A DNA stretch of 64,000 nt from the human T2T-CHM13v2.0 reference genome, Homo sapiens, in the NCBI RefSeq assembly GCF_009914755.1, contig NC_060934.1; one strand, 5' to 3'. The notes beneath the pieces are model-generated. The model did not search any database. It was not told where the DNA came from and worked only from the letters and a program-made list of their open reading frames with translations. This document shows positions 10,761 through 30,583 of this stretch, piece after piece. The translations under genes and the position numbers were made by a program. How positions within the stretch are numbered: position 1 is the first letter of the stretch; each line of letters starts with the position of its first letter.

Positions 10761-12904
10761 ACTGCTGACTAACAGTGGCATTGGGATTTTCCTTCATTCT
10801 TTCAACCAGCGAGATGCACTCAGAACCCTCTATACAATTTTATTCTCACTTTATACAACTCTGTACATTAGTTCTGAGTTTTTAAGATGATTGTTGGCAT
10901 ATCTAGGGAGAATTTTTAGGAATACCACCCAAAATAGTCGCAATGTTCTAAAACCATTTTGTTTTCTAAATTGGTTTGGCAAACTCTATACAAACAGTCT
11001 GTTCCTTTTCATTCTCCAAGTTGAGTTTTTAAATTTAAATTATACTCTTTGTGCATTTTGACAATACTTACCTCTTTTCAGAAGACATTAAAGTTCTGTT
11101 ATGGCCTTAAAACATTTCTGTAAAGCTGAAAGGAAATATCATTTATGATTTATTGATGGGAAACAGTTACAAATTTTGAGTTACTTGACAAACAGAAGGG
11201 ATGAAATTTATGGCCTAGTGTTGTGTTTTCATTCTTAACCCATAAGCAAAAATCTCTGGAAAAGTACCAATATCTAGTAAAAGAAATATTTTTTCACAAA
11301 AAGTATTTTCTATTTTCCCCTCACCTCTTACCTCGTCTCACCTCAAAGTTCAAGAAGCTTAACTTTGTGATCAAAGGAAAATAGTATAATTGAATATTTG
11401 ATACTATAGAAATTTGCAACTGTATAAGGGCATTATTAACCTTTTGCTAGTGATCAGTTTCCTATCAGGGCAGCCACATAAAATTAGGCATGACACTTTA
11501 AAAGAAAATGTTGACTCTTAACTTTTCCTCCTCTAATGCTTAATTTTAAAATAGATTTAAGCAACTTTAAAGACATTTTCCTGAGCAACTGCATTTTGTT
11601 TTCATTCTGAATTTAATGAGACTCTTTTTTTCTTTAACATTTTACTTTGCTTTAGAAAGGATTTAAGGCAGGTGAATGTGTTTCCCAGTGTGAGAAAAAT
11701 TGTCATGTAAATTTAGAAAAAAGTATTGTATATGTCCCTTGATTTTGGCTTAAGAGTTAGAATTTACTTAGAATGTTTCCTGACCCAACCTCATTGGAAT
11801 TTGAAAGTACATTCCAATAGTATTGTGAGCTGCTCCTTTAAACATTGGTAAGTAGGCTTCAAACTTAATTTTCAAGGAAATAAGCCATGCTTTTACTGTA
11901 GGGTTTATTAATCTGAAATACCTGAGAATGAAAATAGTTATATGCTCCTATCTAATAATATAAACAGTTAAATGTGACCTGTAAATATTGTGAAATTTAG
12001 CAAAAATATAACCTGTAAAAATAATCTCTAGTAAGCTAATATTCTCTCAGTAATAAAACCTAGAGAGCTAAAGTAGCCCAATTAACTGACATTAGAACAG
12101 ATCGTGATATGTGGAAGAACTATTAGTGAATTATAGTCATGTTTATACTTCTCTTTTCAATTATAATCATGTCCTTGAGATCTCATTTTCCAGTCCTTAT
12201 TACCTATAAGGAAGAGAAATATATGTAAATTTCACAAATGCATACGAAAATTACCAAACTTCTTAAGTGTTATTCGGTATTTCTGCAGAGATATCATTAA
12301 CAGGAAAGCCCAATATTTTACATGGTTATCTTTAACAATGGAAGTACAGTGGTTGTTTAATTAATTAGCTAATACTTCATTTACTGTGTATAGTCATAAT
12401 TCATAAGAATAATACATATGTCTTTTAGGATTATTAGTACTGTATATTAAATAAATGCTTGAAAGGGAAAATACCTTTTAGTGTTTGGTAAAAGAGTAGG
12501 CATAAGGTAAATTTTCCCTTCTGTTAGACTCAGCAGAACTATTCAATGTGTTTAGCTGTCCTTGGAGAAGACTGAGCCATTGTTGCTGTAAAAATCCAAT
12601 AGGGTTAAAACAAAAATATCACTTTGAACATGATTTACTTGGCTAGGAGACACTTGAAGCTTTAAGCAACTCAAATCTTTCTCTAGAAAATTAAACACAA
12701 TTCTACCTCAGAAAACTTGAAGACATTGACAATTCATAGGAATTCTGTGATAAGTCAGCTCACCTACCTAAAGACCAAAGTGAAGGCGCACAGCAAGAGA
12801 GGAAGCTGAAGTAAGGAGAGAAAAGAAAACAGAAGGAAAAGCATGGTAAGAGCCCAAATTAACTCTGACTACTGGGGGCTGCTACAGGGGATGGGAAGAG
12901 AATA

Positions 12905-13095
12905 GCATTGTTCTGAGCCCACAGTGTGTGTCATGCTGCAGTAGTCAGTTCACAGGCTTGACCCATCCTTCAATGATTTTATCTCATTTTATGCACAAAG
13001 ACTGAAAGGGAACTTAAATCATCCAGGTGTCTCTCACAACTAGTAAATAGAGAAGTGGATTTGAACCCACAGCAGTCTTATTTCTACCATATTAT
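12905..13095 (-). mobile_element. MIR
   Basis: TCTCATTTTATGCACAAAGACTGA...ACTAGTAAATAGAGAAGTGGATTTGAACCC. Confidence 0.6.
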
Positions 13096-13146
13096 GCATA
13101 CTACCTCTTAAACAGAATCAAGTTTACAAAGCAAACAAAAAAGTCT

Positions 13147-13436
<290 letters not shown>

Positions 13437-14039
13437 CAAGTCTAAAACAACTCACAGGTAATGGAGTCATGACAAATTTTTTTTTTGTTTACTGACACAA
13501 GAAAAGCAAGCTAACACAAGGCATAAATCCTGCAAAATGAACAGCAAAGAAGATAAATATTTAACAATTGTTCAAGCTACAAATGAGAAAATTATGTATC
13601 TTGCAACATTCTTGACAGGTAAGATGATAAGATGTTGGTATATATTTTTATATCAAAACCCAGAATTACAGTTCTTTGATTTGCTAGTTTGGTATAAAAT
13701 CCATTAAATAAACTTGTGCCTTATTTTTGCTTGAACTAGAATGCCCAGACTGTTTAAAGTGATTGGTTCTCAGTTAAATAGGCCAACCGGCCACCTAACA
13801 AGTATTTGTTGCATGCCTGCTGTGTCAAGTTGGAATACAATAGTGGAGAAGTGAGAAAAGGCCATAGATTTTACATTTTAGAGTGGGAAAACAGATTTTA
13901 TACAGAGAGTTGAGCAAGTGTGATGGCTTGATGTAGGAACAAACTTGGTCACTTAGGAAAGCGTAAGAAGAGAAAGGCTAGAGCAGAGTAAGTGATGGGA
14001 GATTGATGTAAGATAAATTTTGGAGAAGTAGGCAGGAGA

Positions 14040-15200
14040 ACTTCTGGTTTCAGCCAAGGTGGAATAAAACCACTAAATTCTGTCCCCTACTGATGACAAC
14101 CATCAATAAACTTTTTCTACACTGTTTTATTCAAACTCATTAGTTTATCTTATTCTTTGAATAGATCTTTTACCCCGGCCTGATTTTGTGACATCATCGA
14201 TGAGTCATTTGGAAAATACAGGTTCACTGAGTTTTGTAGATTTTCCAGTGTTGACACATTTCATTATGCAATGCAGAAAAACAAATCACATTTAAAAAAA
14301 TATCACAACACTTTTTTAGAGCTGACAAGAATAGTCTTTAAATATTTGGAAGAAGGCAGATGATGAAAGAGAGTCAAAACTTGGAAAAGCAACCTATATT
14401 AGGGATGTTTCTTTTCTTCTATTGTCTTAACAGCTTCGCCCCAAGGGTGGGCCCCACTTGTGGAGCTGCACAACCACGGTGACTTGAGCAGCTCACACTG
14501 AGATAAATCAAGCTTTTTGGCCAGAGGAACCAGAAAAAGAGTCTCCTGTGGGCCAGTGGCCATGGAGTATGAGGGTGGGGGGAGGGTTGGGGAAATCCTG
14601 AAGACAAGAGAGCTGGAAAAGGGAATCCTCTAATTCTCAGTTTGAACTTCTACAAGTCCTGGGCTCACTCCTGAGCTTGCATGCACAGGACAGACCAAAG
14701 AAGCATAGCAAAGGCTTTGAAAATGAAACAGATTGGAATTATCACTCATAAATGATGAGACAAAACTTGCAGCCTGAGCCTAATCGAGTGGATTGCCTGA
14801 ATCAATTGATCAATCAATCATCAATCAAACATTTTCAGAAAATTTTAACAGGACCCAGAGTCTATGCAACACAGTATCCAACATTACTTAACTAGGAAGA
14901 ACCGGAAAAATGTGACAAATTCCCAGGGAAAAAGTCAATCAAGAGATGGTAACCACAAAATAACCCAGATGTTGGAATTATCAGATGTAAAAACAGCTAT
15001 TGTAATTATGTTTCATGAGATAAAGATAAACACACTTGGAATGAATGGAAAGGCAGAAGTTCTCAGCAAGGACACAGAAATTATAAAAGGAACCATGTGG
15101 AAATTTTACAACTGAAAGGTACAATATCTGAAATAACATACTAGATGGGCAATAGAAGAATGGAAATGACAGAAGAGTCAGCAAACTTGAAGATAACTTT
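14040..15200 (+). mobile_element. old L1M 5' UTR/ORF1 remnant, interrupted by a Charlie1-like fragment (~14125-14350)
   Basis: CTTCTGGTTTCAGCCAAGGTGG start; ORF 14864-15115 (ITQMLELSD-KTAIVIMFHEIK) resembles degenerate L1 ORF1. Confidence 0.6.
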
Positions 15201-15999
15201 ATAAATATCCAATTCTAATCATGGCTTTAGAGTCTTAAAGGTGGATGAAGCTTCGAAAAGTGAAATATATCTGATTGTAATAAGCCTCAGGGAGCCTGAA
15301 TAAAATACTAATCCAAGTGTATCTATGTGGCTCCCACAGATACATTTGAAGAAGTTCCTGTTGTTTGTCAATTACATTAAGTAAAGGAATTAGCATTATC
15401 ACAGGTCCAAACATGGTGATTATGAGAATTTGCTGTTACAGTGTTACACAGTCTTAATACGTCAAAACAGCCCAAGGTGATGTATGCATTGACAGAGTTT
15501 TCTGGTTGGGTCCATTAAGTGTATACCTGCAGTAAAAAGCAATTTAAAATTTAGCAAAGTCATCACTAGATCACTGACACACTCATCCTTAGAGACAGTA
15601 CATGGTAATTGCTTCGCTCACCTGCTCATATTAACACTTTGATTCAGCCTAACCCTTCCGATTCAGCCTTTGCAACAGCACTGTTTCCAAATGTGACGTT
15701 ATTACAGAGATGTCATACAAAAATTGACCTATCATGTAGGCACAATGCATGCTTTTCAATATTACAGCAGAAAAAAAAATGTGATATTTAATGCTGCTAG
15801 TGCCTAGGAATCTGGTATGAGAAAACATTAAGATGAGTTTGGAGGAAAACTGAGCTGGTATTATGTTTGGAGAAATGACTTCCTGATTCAGAAAGAGAAT
15901 TTCAAGACTTTAGAATGCCTCCCATTGTTATATTAGAACCATATTACTTGTAAAAGGTAGTATAAATTTTTGTAATGGTGATAATTCTGGGTTTAATAG

Positions 16000-16185
16000 T
16001 TTAACAAGTTTTGCCATTTAATTCCCATAATATAGGAAGTACAATTATATCCATCTCATACACAAGGAGCTATGGTACAGAAAGGTTCAATAACTTGTTG
16101 AATATAGCAGATCTAGTAAATGGCAAAGTCAGGATTTAAATGTAGGTCAATTTGATTGCCAAGCCTGGGCCATTTACTACTGTGT
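16000..16185 (-). mobile_element. MIR
   Basis: CAGAAAGGTTCAATAACTTG...CTAGTAAATGGCAAAGTCAGGATTTAAA. Confidence 0.7.
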
Positions 16186-16264
16186 TATATATGTTACTTC
16201 CTATAAAAACTTAACAAGAAGGTCTTTCATTTTCAAACCGAAATGGACAGAACACTGGTGTAAG

Positions 16265-17008
<744 letters not shown>

Positions 17009-17079
17009 GTGTTAGAGGTTTGGTTGGAGAGACGCAAGTAAGAGAACATTTCCCTAACATGCCCAAACACATTCCTTTT

Positions 17080-17380
17080 CAGAGTGCTGAAGGAATTTGA
17101 AAATGAGGTCTCAGAATTACCAGCAGTAATTCCTGATAAATTAAGAAAAATGGGAGAGAGTTCAGAGACAAAGACATGAGAAAAGATTGCCATAACTCTC
17201 CAGAAGGATGGATTCTGGGTAATGAAGGCCAGTATGTTTAACACTGATTCCCAGAAAAAGACTTTAATATATTCAGTAGCAGTTAGTTTAAGAACATTAG
17301 AAGATAATTCGGTGATTACCAGATGTCAATGAGGGCTAGGTAGGTCATTTCAAAGCCTTCTCAAATTTCATTTTTTCTTT
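17080..17380 (+). mobile_element. L3/CR1 ORF2 fossil
   Basis: translates RVLKEFENEVSELPAVIPDKLRKMGE and DSG**RPVCLTLIPRK, like the CR1 motifs RVLKELADVIAEPLSIIFEKSWRTGE and DPGNYRPVSLTSIPGK. Confidence 0.75.
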
Positions 17381-17659
17381 ATGATCACCTGTCACAGTGC
17401 TTTACGTGATGTACATACAAAAATATTTGCATAACTGTATAAAACAGTTGAATAATAACTGTATAGCATATTGCTTATATAAACTGCACAAATCTCATTT
17501 GAATAAAAACCATTTATAAAGTACTTGCAGTATGCAAAATGTGTTGGGCAAAGGGCAGGTCTGAGAGGCACACACGAGGAAAACTAAAACAGAACAGAAG
17601 TCTAATGGTATTTTCAAGTGTTATAAAATATGTGAAGTCTGCCTTGTGAGAGAAGGTAG

Positions 17660-17810
17660 CATTGGCTTGTGGAAAGAGCATAGCACAGGAAATTAGAACA
17701 TCTGGTTGCTCATCCTGGCTTTACCATCAACTTAATGAATGACCTGGAGTAAGTTACTTCACTTCGAGACCTATGCTCTATATCTGCAATATTGAAAATG
17801 CTGGATAAGA
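17660..17810 (+). mobile_element. MIR
   Basis: GTGGAAAGAGCA...TGACCTGGAGTAAGTTACTTCACTTC. Confidence 0.65.
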
Positions 17811-17929
17811 TAATCTCTAAAGCCCCAGAAAAAGATGGAGTTGTACTCTTTCACTCCCAGGAACATATACTGGAACTTATGAGTAGAACTTTGGAGAGAC
17901 CAAGTTTGCCTCACAATGAGTAATATTCT

Positions 17930-18570
<641 letters not shown>

Positions 18571-18929
18571 TAGCTAATAGAGTTTCCAACAAAATAATAA
18601 TAACTTGAAGAGGAACCTAATTTTACTTTTCATTTTGCATTTTGAGGTACACAAGCAGAGACTGGGTCATAGTTCTGACAAGAGGACCTCACAGAAGACT
18701 CCATTTGGTGTGCATTTGATCTAAATTTGTGTTCTCAATCTGTGCTCAGATGAATGCTTGGGCTCCAGCAGCACCCAGATTTGTCATAGGGGAAGGAGGA
18801 GGAGGACAAAGAGGTCTTTCTGTCTTCCCTTCCTCTTTCAAACAGAGAGCTGATCAGTATGTATTACTGAATAAATGAATGAGTGTACAAAATATATTTA
18901 TGTATTTCAGGTAAAATGGATGAAGTTTA

Positions 18930-19050
18930 GGGTTCAGGCTTTGGACCAGGTCTGGCCGCTGGTTTAATTCTTGGTGCCACTGTTTACTAGCTCTATGACC
19001 TTACTTACTCCCTCTGTGCCTCAGTTTCTTCATCTGTAAATGTGGGGTTT
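18930..19050 (+). mobile_element. MIR
   Basis: CCTCTGTGCCTCAGTTTCTTCATCTGTAAATG core. Confidence 0.75.
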
Positions 19051-19601
19051 GCATGTACAGTTTTGAATACAGTATAGTATATTTCCCTAGAAACATGGCT
19101 TGCTCCTAAACATTTGGCAATGCTATTGCATAAATTAATCTTGCAAGACAAAACTACACACAACAAGAAACTCTTATCTTGCCTGTAAACAGGTTGTTAA
19201 ACATGTTCTCACTTCCTTCTGTCACCACCTGTACAGCATGTTTTTGAAGGAATTCCACAGTGCTTGTGATTAAAGCAAATTTGTACACTGCCTGGACACC
19301 CTTAGCAACTTGATCTTATGGTAGAAGAACAATTTGTGGAGATTTGGAGACTTCATATTCAATAAGGACCTGTTAGGGGCAAAGTGATACAAGGTGCCTT
19401 CTCTTTACTTTTGCCTTTCCCATCCAAACATGACCCTGAACATCTGGCAGCATGAAAAGGGGACATGCTTATCCAATACACCTGCTAGCTGACTGCCAGG
19501 ATTCTAAAACTTAGGTCCAAATGGTGAGTAGTGTTTGCTTTTGTAATCTAACACTAGTTGACATCCTACTACAGTTCTCTTCCATTCCACAGACTTTCTT
19601 T

Positions 19602-19910
19602 CTTATTTATTTATTTATTTATTTTTGAGACAGAGTCTCATTTCGTAGCCCAAGCTGGAGTGCAGTGGCGTGATCTCGACTCACTGCAAGCGTTGCCTCT
19701 GGGCCTTAAGTGATTCTCCTGCATCAGCCTCCCAAACACCTGGGACTCGAAGTGTGTGCCACCACACCCAGTAAATTTTTTTTTAATTTTTAGTAGAGAC
19801 GGGGTTTCACCGTGTTGCCCTGGATGGTCTTGAACTCCTGAGCTCAGGCGATCCATCTGCCTCGCCCTCCCAAAGTGTTGGAATTACAGGCGTGAGCCAC
19901 TGGATCCAGC
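19602..19910 (-). mobile_element. Alu with 17-bp TSD
   Basis: TTCCACAGACTTTCTTT at 19585-19601 and 19911-19927. Confidence 0.93.
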
Positions 19911-20103
19911 TTCCACAGACTTTCTTTGCGCTGCTTGGTCCAACCCTCGCACCTCTTTTATTCTCAGAAACTTCCTTTGCCTTCTACTGAATAGAGAAAA
20001 TTAAGGCTATCATGCTGCCTGGACTGCTTCAACATCCTGTCCTTCTTTTCTCTATTATCAACCAACTCTCTACCTCCCTTGACCTGCCTCCCTCTCATTT
20101 TAG

Positions 20104-20430
<327 letters not shown>

Positions 20431-20796
20431 TCCCTTCTTGTTTAAAGCTAACTTTTCTACAGTGCTCTTTCTTTCCCAGGACAAAGATTGTGTTTTATTG
20501 GATTATCTCTTTCTCTTCTTATTTTCAACATTTGACTCTCTTTTGGATCATTTCTTGGAGTTGAAAAATATTCTTAAATCTCTCCATTTTTATCAATAAA
20601 CAGAGAAAAAAGAAAGCTTTCTCTATCTTGTATTCTATTTAGTTATCACTCTCCTCTTTCTCTTAAAACTCAAGTTCAAAAAGGAAAATCTACCCTTGTC
20701 TCTACTTCCTCACATCTCATTCACTAATTTTTCTATTTGTAATATCTACTATTTTAATTTAGTTACAAATGCACATATGTGAAAGAATATATGTAA

Positions 20797-21313
<517 letters not shown>

Positions 21314-21329
21314 CACTCACTTATTTTTA

Positions 21330-22200
21330 TACTACTTCTACTTCAGCATATTTAAACCTCATAAGTCTTAAAGTCCACTGAACCTAACTCTTTTTCATTA
21401 TTCATTTCCCCTCTTCTATCCTTACATATGTTCCTACCCATTTCCTGGTTCATCATTATAATCACTCTCTTATAGCACATTATTAATTTCTTTGACACTC
21501 TCTTTCTCACTCATTTGCCTGGCAAATCTGAAATTGTGTATGTGCTACTGTATGCCTACACCTCAGCAGGGTGAAACACAACTGTGCTTTTTGGTCTCAC
21601 TGGATGTTAATCCCCAAATATCAAAAATAGACATCACCACCCCACAGTAGTCTTACTTTTTCCTGATACTTTTCCTGGTACATTTACTTTCGCATTCTCT
21701 AAGATAACAATTTTATGACTTCTCACTCTTCAAACTTCCAAAACTGTGATCAGTGACTCAAACTTACATTTTATACACATCACCATGGAAATTATCACAT
21801 GGAAACACTCACATCTTCTTACCACAGAATCTACTAACCTATCAGAATCAGTACCATGCTCCGTGCCTTTCTTCTTGTTACAGTCAATGAGTGATTTTAC
21901 TCATTTCAAAGACCAATCTCTTCATATTGAATTATATCTCTTCTAGTGGTTTAAAACCTTTTTAATGCAATCATTTTCTCTAATTAGCAATTCTTTTCTT
22001 TATACTTGCTCATTCTTATTACCATACAAGCTCAAGTACTTCTACCACATAAACTCCCAAATCCTTAATACACCATACAAAACCTTCCATCATCTGGCTG
22101 CTCTTATCTTTCCATTTTCATCTCCCTGTGTCCTACTTTCCAGTTTCCATACAATTTGTCAAATGATTCTTCTGCTATGTGTGTCTAGGCCTTTGGTTAC
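21330..22200 (+). mobile_element. L2 fragments
   Basis: pyrimidine-rich degenerate L2 body, e.g. CATCATTATAATCACTCTCTT; AAAACCTTCCATCATCTGGC. Confidence 0.45.
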
Positions 22201-22254
22201 ATTCAGTGCACAAAAAGCATGAAAATATGACCATAATCAGGAGGAAACCAATAA

Positions 22255-25045
<2,791 letters not shown>

Positions 25046-25619
25046 ATCAACCAATAAAAAGACACAGAAATAACAGAGATATTTTAAAGAATATTACAGT
25101 TATTATAAATCTTATATGTTAAAGGATGTAAAACAAAACATCAAAATAATGAAGAGAAAAATGGAACAGATAAAAATACAAATAGAAGTTACAGAGCTAA
25201 AAAATAAAATATCTGAAATAAAAGTACCGAATGAGGTTGAGGTTAAGAGCAATGTAGACACTGCAGATGAAAGATTAGGAAACGCAAGGGCATGGAAACA
25301 GGTGTTATCTAAAATACAGCAGAGTGGGAAAAGACTGAAAATAAAAATGACTAGAGCTTCAGTGAGTTGTGGGACAAAATTATATAATCTAATCTACAGG
25401 ATTGTTTTCACAAAAGGAGAAGAGTAGGGAGAACTGAAATAAATATTCAAGGAAGTAATAGCCATAAAACTTTCAAATGTGATAAAAATTATAAGCCCAT
25501 AGATTCAAGAATAAACATAAAGAAAACCACATCAAGGTATATCACAATCAAATTGTTGAGAATCAGTGATGAAGAGAAAAACCTTAAAAAGAAGGTGGGT
25601 GGGGTGGGGGAAAGGCACC

Positions 25620-26347
<728 letters not shown>

Positions 26348-26679
26348 GATATCTTATAGAGAAACAAACATAAGAAGAGCAGTTTTCTTGTTGTAAACCA
26401 TGTAGGCTACATGACAGTGGCATGATATCATTTTAGAGCTAAAGGAAAAAAGGTCAACCTAGCAATCTAAATCCAGGGAAAATATCTGTCAAAAATGAGG
26501 GGAAATGAAGACTATTTCAGAATAAAGGAAACTAAAAAATCAATTGCCAGAAAACTTGAAGAAGGAAAATGATATCATATTTGGATCTACACAAAGAAGT
26601 AAAGAACACCAGACATAGTAAGATTGTAAGTAAATATAAAATAAAATTTCTCTTATTTTTTAGCCATCTTAAACATAAT

Positions 26680-27467
26680 TGTATTAGTCAAGATTTTCCA
26701 AAGAAACAGACCCAGCTGCATGTGGATCGATGGAGAGATAGATATAAATTTGTTTTAAGGAATTGACTCACAAAATTGTGGAAATTTGGTAAGTCCAAAA
26801 TCTGCAGGGTAGGCTGGAAGACTAGAGGCTCAAGAAAGAGTGACAATTTTAGTCCAAAGGTAGAAGCTGTAATCCCAGGAGAGCCAGTGGTATAGTTCTA
26901 GTCCAAGTTTGAAGTCCTGAGAACAAGGAGGGCTGATGACATAAGTTCTAGTTCAAGGGCAGGAGATCATTGTCCCAGCTTAAAAACAGTCAGGCAGAGA
27001 GTGGATTCTCCCTTACCACTAACCATCCTTCCTTGATTCTATTCAGACTCCAGTGAATTGGATGAGGTGCATCCGCATTGAGGAGGTCAATCTGTTTTAC
27101 TCAGTCTACCTATTCAAATGTTAATCTCTTGCAGAAACACCCCCAAAGACCATGCAGAATAATGTTTAATTAAACATCTGGACCCCCCATGGCCCAGTCA
27201 AGTTGACACACAACATTATTACAGGCAGTTTGCTGGCAGAATTCCTTCTTGCTCAGGAGAAGTCAGTCTTTGTTCTATTAAGGTCTTCATCTGATTGGAT
27301 GAGGCACATCCACATTATGGTAGGTAATCTGATTACTCAAAGTCCACTGACTTAAATGTTCATCTCATCCAAAAAACACCTTCAGAGAAACACATCTAGA
27401 ACAATGTTTGACCAAATATCTGGGCACTGTGGCCCAGTCAAGTTGACATGTAAAATTAGCCATCGCA
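26680..27467 (-). mobile_element. MLT2 (ERVL) LTR containing a second MLT2 segment
   Basis: TG...CA termini; 5-bp TSD ATAAT (26675-26679, 27468-27472); terminal block GGCCCAGTCAAGTTGACA present twice. Confidence 0.8.
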
Positions 27468-27724
27468 ATAATTGACTATTTAAAATAATAACAATGTACC
27501 ATAAAATTTATAACATATGTAAAATTGAAATTTGTAATTTAAAATTGGTAAATATGAAGCATGACAAGCAATAGAAGGAAATAGAAGTATACTGTGGTAA
27601 GGTCTTTACACTATACTTGAGGTGGTATAAAATTACTTGTAGGTAGACTATGATTTGTTAAAGATGTATATTATAAATCCCAGGGCAACCACATCAAAAC
27701 TAAAACAAAAAGGTGTAGCTGAAT

Positions 27725-28021
27725 GCCAGGCATGGTAGCTCATGCCTATAATCCCAGCACTTTTGGAGGCCAAGGTGGGGAAGATCAGTTGAGCCCAGGA
27801 GCTTGAGACCAGCCTGGGCAACATAGCGGGACCCTGTCTCAACAAAAAATACAAAAATTAGCCGGCCATGGTGGCATGCACCTGTAGTCCCAGCTATTCA
27901 GGAGGCTGAGGTGGGAGGATCACCTGAGCCCTAGGAGGTTGAGGCTGCAGTGAGCTGAGATTGCATCACTGTACTCCAGCCTGGGTGATAGAGTGAGACC
28001 TCATCTCAGAAAAAAAAAAAA
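27725..28021 (+). mobile_element. AluJ-like element
   Basis: Alu dimer; GTGTAGC on both flanks. Confidence 0.9.
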
Positions 28022-28788
28022 TGTGTAGCCATTAGTGAAGATAAATGCTATCATAAAAAACAAATACTCAATCCAAAAGAAAGCAAGGATGGGGGAAAGG
28101 GAATAAAGAACACATGGAACAAATAGGAAATAGCAATAAGATAGATTTAAATTTAACCATATCAATAATTCATTATGTGTAAATGGTCTTAATACTCCAA
28201 TTTAAAGGCAGAGATTGTTAGATTGGATAAAGAGAAAAACTATACTCAACTATGTGCTATAATGCAACTAATATTTCATATAAAGACAGGTTAAAAATTA
28301 AAACAATGGGAAAATATATACTATGCAACTACTTATCAAAAGAAATCTGGAGTGGCTTTATTAATATCAGAGAAGATAAACTTAAGAACAAGGAACATTA
28401 CAAGTATTAAAGAAGGGCATTTTCTAATGATAAAGGGGTCAAGTCAACAAGAAGCCACAGCTATTTTAATTGTGGGTGCAGCTGATAACAGGGCTTTAAA
28501 TATATTAAACAAAAGCTAAAGACCTGAAAGTACACATAGAAAACACTACAGTTATAGTTGGAGATTGTATTTGTAAATATAAAGTTAACTAAAATTAGGC
28601 AAAATTAATTTAATTTTCATTTATTTTGAATGTGTATTTCATTCATGGTTTAAAATCAGAAGGATATCTAGTGAAAGTCTTAACTACACTGTCACACATT
28701 TCTTAGCCAGTTCTCATTGAAAACAACCACTGTGACCATTTTTAAAATATTGCCTTAAGATATTTTACGTATATGTAAAAAATTTTAT

Positions 28789-29091
28789 TCTTTTTCTTTG
28801 CTTTCTTTTTTTGACAGAGTCTCACTCTGTTGCCCAGGCTGGAGTGCAGTGGCGCGATCTCGATTCACTGCATCCTTCGCCTCACAGGTTCAAATGATTC
28901 TTGTGTCTCGGCCTCCTGAGTAGCTGGGATTACAGGCACGTGCAACCACACCCGGCTAATTTTTGTATTTTCAGTAGAGATGGGGTTTCACCATGTTGGC
29001 CAGGCTGGTCTTGAACTCCTGACCTCAAGTGATCTGCCCGCCTCGGCCTCCCAAAGTTCTGGGATTACAGGTGTAAGCCACTGCACCCGGC
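28789..29091 (-). mobile_element. AluS-like element
   Basis: antisense Alu dimer. Confidence 0.92.
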
Positions 29092-29329
29092 CCTCTTTTT
29101 TTTCTTTTTTAAAATTCAAATGGTAGCACACTATTCACATTTCAGAACTCCATTTTATTTTACCACTTATTAATGTTTTGATTCCATGACTGGTACATAA
29201 AACTCTAAGTAAGTTTTAGGGCTTGTCACTTTCTGCATAGCTCTGTGAATTCTTCTTTTGTATGCAATTGTGCATGCTATGGTTTGAAATTTTTAAACAC
29301 GTTTCAGTGCCCCAGGGAGAGTGTATTCA

Positions 29330-29700
29330 TTTTTTTTTAATTGAGATGTAATTCACACACTGTAACATTCACCTTTTTAAAGTGTACACTCGTGGTTTTT
29401 TGCTATACTCAGAAAGTGGTGCAGTCACCACCCCTTTCTTTTCCAAAGCATTTTCATCACTGTATCCACTAGCAATCATTCTCCATTTCCCTTTCCCCTA
29501 TACTCTGAAACCAGTAATCTACTTTATGTCTCTACAGATTTGTTTTCTCTGGACAATTCATACAAATGGAGTCATATGATAATAGCCTTTTGTGTCTAGC
29601 TTCTTCACTTAGTATAATATTTTCAAGTTTCATCTATGTTGAATAACTTCATTCCTTTCTGTGGCTAAATATTTCATTTTGTGACTATATCATATTTTGT
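29330..29700 (-). mobile_element. L1MB-type 3' end
   Basis: TTTAATTGAGATGTAATTCACA...AATGGAGTCATA...CTTCTTCACTTAGTATAATATTTTCAAG. Confidence 0.75.
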
Positions 29701-30215
29701 TTGTATTAAAATTTTAAACATTCTTCTTAACAATATACATCCTTGTATAATTCAATCAATACAGGACCAGGTGGCACTATCTAGTATACATTACAATAGA
29801 AGCCCCCTTAGGTTGTGAATTTGAAAAGGCCTATTTTCAATATATTACAATTTGATACTTTTTATAGGGATATTTAGACATGAGTTAAACACACTTAGGA
29901 GAATCAAGAAACCTTGCCACAGGTTTCTGGGAAAGATGGCAGTTTACATATAAGTTTCTGAAGCTTTTCTCAGAACTGGAAATGGCCAAGAGACTTTCAA
30001 AAAAACAAAATGCTCCCAACTAATTTGTTTTGAAACCAGGGAATGTTGCCAACCACATTCCACAAAATTCAAAGAATTTCTATTAGTTATGGTGCAATGA
30101 GCCCGGACTGAAGAGACAGAGAAAGGAAATCCTGGAAACCTAACTGGAACCCCTTAATTTAGAGAGAGGCTGAGGCAGAGTGGGAGATGTGGCTGTAAGA
30201 GCATAGCTTATACTG

Positions 30216-30583
<368 letters not shown>

